From contig LSRY02000031.1 of the NCBI GenBank assembly GCA_001643675.2, positions 682,001 through 746,000 on the forward strand: DNA of 64,000 nucleotides, in the 5' to 3' direction. The translations under genes and the position numbers were made by a program. The DNA comes from Monocercomonoides exilis PA203. Lineage: Eukaryota; Protista; Preaxostyla. This document shows positions 58,001-64,000 of this stretch, piece by piece; position 1 is the first letter of the stretch, and each line of letters begins with the position of its first letter. Under the pieces are notes generated by a model. It saw only the letters and a program-made list of their open reading frames with translations. It was not told the origin of the DNA and searched no databases.

Positions 58001-59780
58001 ATAGATCGCTCACAGCCAACTCCCCTGTTCCAACACAAAACAGACTCAATCCATTCGCCTCAAATTTCGTTTCAATGGCTGAACCAGCTGGCGAAGCCCC
58101 ATTCACAGTGATCGTTTTCTCCCCAACATCAACTCCTTTGCCTTCCACAACTGTTCCACTCAACACCTTGATTTCCTCCACAAACCCCACAATCATTTGG
58201 GAAAGGCAATGACTAATGGTCAAACATGCACAACTTTCATTCAATCCACAGCTGAATGTGTTTTTTGCATTTGTCTGATTCTCCTTCGAAGCAACAAATC
58301 TGCTTCTTCCTCCTTCATTTGGAAGCCAATCGCTTTTATCTCCACCTGCATAATACCTAACCCCTTCAGTTCTTGAAGAATAACAGAAAGCAACTTGGGA
58401 GTCTGTGCTATTGTCCTCAAAATTAATATCATTTCCATACGGAGCTGTATTATTGTGGAAAAAGCAAAACCACAAAAGATTTCCATTAAAACCATTTGTC
58501 AGAATACTGACTGCTCCTCCACGTAAATCTGAATGACATCCTTGAAAAAGGCAATTATGAGCAACAATTTTATCTGTTGCAGTCCAACTTATATAGCCTC
58601 CTCCATCAGAATCCCCTGGCTTATTTCCGCTGCAATTTTGGAAAAAGCAATTCAATACACAATCTTTTGTTTTGTTTGTTTTTGAACTTAAAATCATCAA
58701 TCCTCCAGCATCATTTCCAGACCATCCATCTTTGAACAAACAGTTTTCAAAAAGAACTTGAATTGCCATTCCTTCGATTTCTGCCCCTGCACCTCCAAAA
58801 TTTGTTGATGCTACACAATAACACTCAACAAATGTGGAATGTTTCACAGTGCATTCTGCAATATTCAAAGCAAATATCCCCCCTCCTCTTGTGGATGTGG
58901 CATTGCATTTCACAAATGACGAATTCTCAACAGTCAGTGTTGCACTCGAATTGTCATGAACATACAGCGCTCCGCCACATGAAGCATTGCACCCAATCCA
59001 TTCAGCATTCGTAAATGTCTGTGTCACAGTGGTTTCAACCCTTTCTGTATTTCTCATTTTCCGATTCACTCTTTCATTCTGAACAAATGTGCAATTGTTG
59101 CAGGTGAATGAACCAGATCCTTCTGTTCCGCTCACAATCCCTCTTTCAAGAACATTCATCGATCGTTCAACATTACAATCCTCCATTTTGCTCATCCTCA
59201 TCATCATCTCTTTTTCAGTTTGTATTTCCTCTGTCTCACAATATTTCTTTGTGATATTCGCAAATTTGCAGTTTTGAATGAATTCAAAACTTCCTGAACC
59301 ATCTCTCAGAAAACTGCCTCCACTCCCACAAAACACAACATCCTCAAACTCACTATTTCTCACAAACAACGAAGGCAAATCACCCCCTTCCATCTTCACC
59401 ACACTCCCCATCATTCCACATTCCTGACCATTCCCAACTCTCAAAGTCGTGTTTATCAGCCAGCATGTCCCTCCGTTCCTCACATAATTCCCATTCCACT
59501 CGTTTTTTCTCACAAACACACTTCCCTCAACCTGCAGCAACGATCCTGCTCTTATTTCAATCATCACACAATTATCTGGCTTTTCAAGCAACATCCCTTT
59601 CATTTCAACTGATGAGTTGTGCATTTCGCAGAACATTTGAACAACACTTCCCCTTTCCAAAATTCCACTCTTCTCCATTCCACGAACATGGAAAGAATCA
59701 TATTCATTACTCAATCTGTCGTTTCTATCTATGCCACAAATGGCTGACAACAAACACACAAGATAAACGAAGAGAATCAT
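52002..59780 (-). CDS. Giant receptor-like protein B (2592 aa): signal peptide, four Cys-capped beta-helix-like modules, TM helix, cytoplasmic TKL-like pseudokinase C-lobe
   Basis: 7.8-kb ORF; signal MILFVYLVCLLSAICG; same architecture as 25970..35044; TM LLLIVIVLIVILLIILIVAVILAV-RWRR; LRWKAPEL. Confidence 0.9.
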   Translation of the reverse strand: MILFVYLVCLLSAICGIDRNDRLSNEYDSFHVRGMEKSGILERGSVVQMFCEMHNSSVEMKGMLLEKPDNCVMIEIRAGSLLQVEGSVFVRKNEWNGNYVRNGGTCWLINTTLRVGNGQECGMMGSVVKMEGGDLPSLFVRNSEFEDVVFCGSGGSFLRDGSGSFEFIQNCKFANITKKYCETEEIQTEKEMMMRMSKMEDCNVERSMNVLERGIVSGTEGSGSFTCNNCTFVQNERVNRKMRNTERVETTVTQTFTNAEWIGCNASCGGALYVHDNSSATLTVENSSFVKCNATSTRGGGIFALNIAECTVKHSTFVECYCVASTNFGGAGAEIEGMAIQVLFENCLFKDGWSGNDAGGLMILSSKTNKTKDCVLNCFFQNCSGNKPGDSDGGGYISWTATDKIVAHNCLFQGCHSDLRGGAVSILTNGFNGNLLWFCFFHNNTAPYGNDINFEDNSTDSQVAFCYSSRTEGVRYYAGGDKSDWLPNEGGRSRFVASKENQTNAKNTFSCGLNESCACLTISHCLSQMIVGFVEEIKVLSGTVVEGKGVDVGEKTITVNGASPAGSAIETKFEANGLSLFCVGTGELAVSDLSVIHNTSYESNRQCRLFEVEGSGLMDVKRMNISMDSAHSEERSIQNSLVNVEGGELKMQDVKWGQTFSTTSVISLPQESSVIFSLNNCVFSNIVRTTAGSSLMSVSEGSHSITLDGCTIDGCGNEDCEFGGGMMAEMGNIGSLKMNGGIVKNCYASATQGRGGGIGLKVKDISADFLISSGFEGNRARWGSDIFVDSIDLESTATSEKITSLTASLETKSKMQGYENGDESFPIPLCVYLWNNFSAPAFVGGGSLSHDFSKCGFEEFPCSSIWKAATIHFEGKKKDVALLEPFGFEEELELTSHEWSIASKANEMKCDVCDQKEGAQSGLIENTVSVSVTGVIFSLKKSLTFHESVFECHSGKLTLNKCGMEGGVETVSTVFVKAVGGVVEVSEFGSENMKIGDSSIFVVEGNAESVPSMNMTKSNFGVVTFGDGCVVECHEGIIEKISGCTFSSITRSRGSGGCISVSNKDDDNDDGRDFKVKINDCTFEGCAITGEEGTEIGGGALFCEASSKTNLLINLCSFYCCTAPNEEGSVGYGGGIMLKMLKEEEEGKAGFVISSPVFSSGKPNNAKYGKDLFISSPSLAKSIKNETLPFVKDRLELLTEDSMRGYDGENKECAIPLIYFWKSVGSSVYIAEEGNNVVVCGLLEYPCRSVDYGVKRGRSLGIESIAVHGICDVRSVIEMNGMKVEGTNMESDKIQFAQTIEGNGDASVECKGDAQFSELGILFPSAFDNGANILIQAGSEAIKTSVIGCSIHTIGNAESEVSFVLIGALKGIVSIEKTEIAGFSTMHEIMSISAGCVTTINNVTFEDISLSGKSAIAMSESVIPGIGNDNEGEIWNILFEQCTFVNVKHNVSSNPSLLCCDISNEVRLRMENSTIDNCGSTSSNEGGGVFFLLNERGRLEVNHTNVTGCFCSNIGRGGGLFLKSQSVSQKTLPFVLSNITFLQNVASKGRDVFVKCTDLDSQISESQFLINFGEPFVRELAIWGCTADNYGDEEDLLRRVFVFRSEFIFVSSIVENSSDSKQCGEMKSTCSSLNVGVSHIIPSDYSQLFVWNETELTGSCSAEKVTIKSMEASRNGEIKVREIEVGNEGAVRTSESVRIEKVSFVFGGMGNVVCSCLIHQLNGSLILESVSFLSESRTAENTQTIFEFSLIVVEEGLFEAEKCSIGHLKFSKPVFMILHSERVTFEDVGVDDVECKSSLIECGKSEKVSVSKLAATNIELEERSLISLENIHSSLVLSLVLSSFRNISRSSDGSCIVCTSQPMSGFEMCNCSFHECTSESSKGSQVTITNANKMLIDLCVFEGNLETGTEGNGVADEVCKWNGSIVDLSKSEAVVRDTTICNSSKGGLSVSGGTIIIKDGRFENNNPFIDKYPSLRRNIICSDSGTLNVMSLKGGDGVKDNSSLWILNEGCNFEGIISERSSPFFVPVLECVEAKEVGEEVEIVFKGKELLPCDLSFMVVKQIGEEKQIEKYEFDESGCVSEIEVEGRLPKEMITEAGEGVEVSVCILFGDGNNPSSTDSFILKNKSESKTNGEEKLAEGGKEGKSYLLLIVIVLIVILLIILIVAVILAVRWRRQKRRTEELEEIVNDTVKKDPKAFEMVTMEMSPEEQWRRAEREAEKKNEERIKKRVYEKSLGHSESSEHLLSESGSTEYILGRDSDKIPDWALEKVEEEEIRKRSPSPSISSTSTTDSDSTFVRGEDLCPTTSSMSNLVDAMACSSPHEKLIVDLRDSLFMLLHGRNAKKEMAIGSLKEREQTAAQVLFWVANGALHSFDEMENPLQSLNNLSPHIVLFSEHMVICIVMHSDLLSDDDSDSSSISSSTVVTSASDNGDDDDDDSLPSSAFEEDEDAFRKECLRWKAPELQMNKKMGATKESVVFSIGMMVWECVTLEIPFGEYEGVVAGQKIANGERPDFLKTEGSNLGGLIIACTRTESEDRISLGDVKRELIGNFPPGAAMLTVTDALGLMQESKGNERESKEIGTEGESENMKIE
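52245..53887 (-). repeat. Second copy of the 1.64-kb conserved cassette
   Basis: Reverse complement is near-identical to 33170..34812. Confidence 0.9.
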
Positions 59781-62700
59781 TGATTTTGTGATGATTATGG
59801 GTTCATGATCCCATATTTCTGGTTATATCCCATTATCTTTAAGAACAATAAATAAATATAATTTCCTGCATTGATTCCATTTTCTGAAACCAATTCTCTG
59901 AATTTATTTCCATTTTTCATCTTCATTTTATTGTAAATATTAATTCAGAGAAACTGCCTTCTTCAATTGATTTCCTCTTTTTTTCTTCAACTTTTTGAAT
60001 TTCATCTTTCCCAATAAATTCTGTTTGAATGAAATTCTTCATCCGCTCAGCTCCTTTTACATCTCTGGGCATCTTCATTAAAATATTGGCTTTCATCTCG
60101 AATCTTTTTGTTTTCTTCACTTGATTTTAAATTTTCCTGAAAATACAAATAAAGATATAAAAATATCAAAAGATGAAATGAAATAAAAATAAAAATACCA
60201 AGAAATAATTCCGAATGCTCAAAAGCCGCACATTATTGCTTTTGCTTCATTCAGTAAAAATTGCACCAATTCTTCACCGTGCCTTCAAATTCACCTTTTC
60301 TGGCACGTCTTTCCATGGAATTCCTTTTTCCTGTTTTTCAATGTATAAATTGATTTTTAATTTATTATCCTCTGTTTTTTCTCTTTTCTGATTTTTCTTC
60401 ATTTATTCCTTTATGTGATCCTCGTTTTGCTCTCTTCTATTTCTAATCAACTGTTTTTCAAGTCTTCTTCTTCTTTGAGGCATTCAATATTTTCCGTAAA
60501 TATTTGAATTCTCCTTTAAATTCAAATTGCATATTTATTTTTTGTTCAATCTCGTTTCATGTCATTCTTGAATAGTTATCCAATGAAATTCTGCCTTTTT
60601 CAGATATTTTCTTGTTCCTTCAAAATGCCTCTATCCATCCTTTTCTTGCATTTATTGAACATTTACTGTTTTTTGATGAATAAGAGGAGATTTAGAGATT
60701 GCTCAATCTTGATAACTGCTTTTCCAAGAAAATAATTTCCATATTCCCATTTTCGCTATTGTGTTGTTATGTTATTCACATCTTTGTGCAATCGGAGAAG
60801 GATTTGAATGTCTCTGTGATTAATGATCAAAATAATCCATTTTTTTGATGATTGAATAAAACGTTCCTAAAATACACATATAAAAAATTGTTTTGTTAAA
60901 AGAAAACCTCAAACCTTCAATTCATTTGGCACTTCCGTTGTTTTTGTTCTTGGTCTGTTTTCTCTTCAGATTCGAGTCTGACAAAGCAATCATTTTTTTT
61001 GCATTTTCGGGCTTAATGCAGCATTTCTGAGGCAAATGAAATTGGTCATAAAGAACAAAAAATAAAAGCAAACGGTTATTCCAAATATGACAATTTTGCT
61101 CAGGAATCACTTGGAATGAAATTGAATGAATCTTTTTTTGATAAGCAATCCATTCTGTCATTGATATCATAAGGTTTAGGTGTAAAAGCAGAGTTTTTGT
61201 AATAATACAAATAATAGAGCAGGAAGGAAAGTGAATAAAAATATTTGTGCTTCATCTGCCTTCAAAATAAGTAATTTTCTGTTTATTAAAATAACTGAAG
61301 CAAACTGGAAATTCCCGCTTCATGCACATGAAAATGAAAAATAAATAAATGTTTGTACAAGTTTCATCTTGAAACAATCTTCAACAAATTCAAAAAACTC
61401 CGGAAAACGGAAAAGAAAAAGTGCAGGAATTCTAATGTTATTATGGTATCAAAAATATTTATTTGAACATACGGGACAAAATATTTTGCTTTATGAATTT
61501 TGTTCCATTCTTCTCTAACAAATATTTATCTCAATTCTTGAATTTTTCTGTAATTATTTGCTTTGTTAAGGTTGATTTATAATGATATAATTGAAGAAAA
61601 AGTTTAGAAGAAATCTCAGTTTTTTTCATAATTTCTAAAATTTTGCCCCATATGAAAAAATGATTTCTTTTTTCTGAAATTCCAAAAAATGAACACATTA
61701 GTTTGGATGCATTTAAAGGTAATTCCAAATATGCCAACTTTATAAATACAATAAGCAAAAGCATTTTTTATTGTTTCTCTGATAAAAGTGAAATTGTTAA
61801 AAACAAAAAATAATAAAAATATGGAAACTTGAAAATACATATATTCGATGTTTGGGTAACAAGGCAATAGACTATCATGCAAGCGTAATATATGGAGCTA
61901 ACAATTTCTTTTGAAGCGGAGGAATATAACTTTTATACACCAATTATTGATGGAAGGTGAAATAAAGACAAATAATTCAAATGTGTATTCGAAGGGCAGT
62001 AATGAAGAATTATGCTTTAAACGTTTATGCATGAATCAGAATTAATGTTTGCAAGTTGTATTAAGTGTTTATTTTCCTGAATAATGTTGAATGTGTTGTT
62101 ATGCGCATTTGAATATTCATGTTTTAATTAAGGCTGACAAAATGAAAATGCAGAACAAAATGATCGAGCAACAAACAGAGATATACCTTATAGTTTTGAA
62201 GAAGAAGAAATCTGTTTTCAGCAAGATGAAGAAAAGTGAGGAAATGGTTTTTTTAAAAGAAAGAAAGACTGGTGAGAAAAAGTGGAAATACGAAAATTGA
62301 GAGTGCTCATGATTCGCAAAACTCCAAACGGTAATTCTGGTTGAGGGAATGCTTAAGTTGAAAGATATTCTTTTATCTTAGAAAAGGAATTTAAAGAGGT
62401 AAATGAGGAAAGGAAAAAACAGAAATTGGGAATGCCATATGTTTCTTTTTTTGTTGGAAAGAGGTGAAGGGGCAAGTTGAATGTTTGAAGGATTCAGTGG
62501 AAACTCCTTGCCAGAAGAATGTGCAACCAAAGAAGAATAATTCAGATTCACACGTGTTTCAACAAGAGTCCTTGTATTTGTTATCGTTAACCTTCATAAT
62601 TCTAAATATCAAATAATCTCATCTATAACTTCTTCTTCTTCTTCATATCCTTCGGCTTGCAATGATCTCTTCCTGCCTTCTCATTCTCACTATAACTTGA

Positions 62701-62819
62701 AAGGATTCAACGCAGAAACACTCAAAAACGCATTTATTCTCCATCAATGAAATACAGCTGCTCACGTGTTGTAGAAAGCAATGGCTCATTTTCATCGTTT
62801 CTTCATTTTTCTTCTTCTT

Positions 62820-64000
62820 CCAGATCAAATCCCATCTTCCTTATATATTTCATCAGTCTGATCTGGAGCAGCACGCCAATCAACTTTGCCATTTTGGAGT
62901 CGGAGAAGTGAAGAGAAGAAGGCAGCGAGGGATGAAAAGCCATTGTAATCTTCATCTTCATCTTCAGCGCCTTTATTTGACCCTTCGGATGCGTCGGTGG
63001 TGGAGGCGTCATACACGTCGACAGCAGCGATGGACGACATCCAGAGGCAGCTGAGGATTGTAGTTTCTGAGGTGGCTGGGGCGTTTGCGCGGAATATACC
63101 GCTGTCGCTGCAGACTCTGCGGGGATATGTTACGGTGCGGAGGGAGGTGCTGTATGGAGGTGTTGTGTGTGCCTGCTATGTGGAGCTTTCCTCGATGCTT
63201 TCGGTTCCGCTTGTGGCACCGCTTCCGTCGCTTGCAGCGTCGGTAGGCACGAAGTCGGGGAGAAAGCGGATCTTTGCGGAGGTAGATGTGAATGCGTTCT
63301 TGGAAGTTATAATCTGTTTGATCCTTCGCTGCTGCCGTCGGCGATAGCGCGGCTGGTGTCGCGATCGCCGCAGTCGAAGCGTGTGGTGTTGAAGAAGGTG
63401 TAAGATGAAGTGATGGGGCGAGGGGTTGCAGTTTGTGAAGTGGGGGAGATTGCGGAGATGGGGTTGTCGGTAGCGGGGCTGAGGATGAAAGATGTGGTTT
63501 TGTCGCTTGCAGCGATTGAGCTGGTGGTGATGGAGGAGCGAGAAGAGGTAGATGAAGGAGTAAGGGGAGGCAAAGAGTGAGGCAAAGAGGGAGAAGAATA
63601 TGGAGGTGATGGGAATGAGGAAAAAGGCAGGTATCCGACAGCGCACAGAGAGTTTGTGGAAAGAATCAAAGAAAACCAGGGGAAGCTGGAAGAAGCGACG
63701 GCGCCGCTGGTTGTGGAGGCGCTTGGGCTGAGTGGGCTGAGGTTTGTGAAGTCTGGGGTTGGTACAGAGGATGGGGCTGAGGCGGGTTCAGACAAGCAGC
63801 GTTCTGTGGAACCAGAAGTATGCAGTTCTTCTCCATCTGATGTAATCCAACAGGAGATCTCAAGAGCAGCAGAAGAAGAAGCAGATGGGTCTTTTGACAT
63901 AACTTCAGATAGAAGTTCAGAGGGAATGGGGAAAGATGAGGAACAGGTGGAAATGTCGAAAAGTGGTTTGGAGATGAATGAGGAATCAGGGAGAGAGGGT
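62820..64000 (+). pseudogene. GC-rich decayed coding sequence of unknown family; runs off the window end
   Basis: Plus-strand frames read as protein (DDIQRQLRIVVSEVAGAF..., SAIARLVSRSPQSKRVVLKKV*DEVMG...LAAIELVVMEERE..., FVERIKENQGKLEEATAPLVVEALGL...) but contain stops and a frameshift. Confidence 0.5.

Noticed and set aside
63307-63900. 197-aa Ser/Thr/Pro-rich minus-strand ORF
   Set aside because: Probably the antisense of the decayed plus-strand coding sequence, which has more protein-like composition; strand not proven.
1-64000. Window-wide TAA/TAG=Gln genetic code; tRNA, rRNA, CRISPR arrays, or Fanzor/TnpB-type nucleases
   Set aside because: H4 and proteasome alpha-2 end in TAA and PEPCK in TAG at expected positions. 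No tRNA/rRNA signatures, regularly spaced repeat-spacer arrays or RuvC motifs were seen by eye.

Overview
Eukaryotic, AT-rich protist DNA using the standard genetic code, with short GT-AG introns and weak donor consensus. The gene families strongly resemble those of the oxymonad Monocercomonoides (inference, not a database result). Housekeeping genes: histone H4 head-to-head with a 5-exon proteasome alpha-2 gene; GTP-type PEPCK head-to-head with an unknown 5-exon polytopic membrane protein; a 5-exon TBP; and a 4-exon PITH-domain gene. Accessory content: three large signal-peptide, single-pass surface proteins with Cys-rich GGA(I/L/V) beta-helix-like repeats; two paralogues of a lineage-specific helical family; two decayed DD35D pogo-type transposons; two families of foldback/MITE-like palindromes; and decayed genes. 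Most striking feature: the two largest surface proteins (25970..35044 + and 52002..59780 -) have divergent modular ectodomains, yet share a sharply bounded ~1.64-kb near-identical cassette (membrane-proximal domain, TM helix and a C-lobe-only pseudokinase) in inverted orientation. They also differ by one ~411-aa module whose junction looks chimeric. This is a candidate variable-ectodomain/constant-region receptor diversification system. All alignments and splice models were made by eye.
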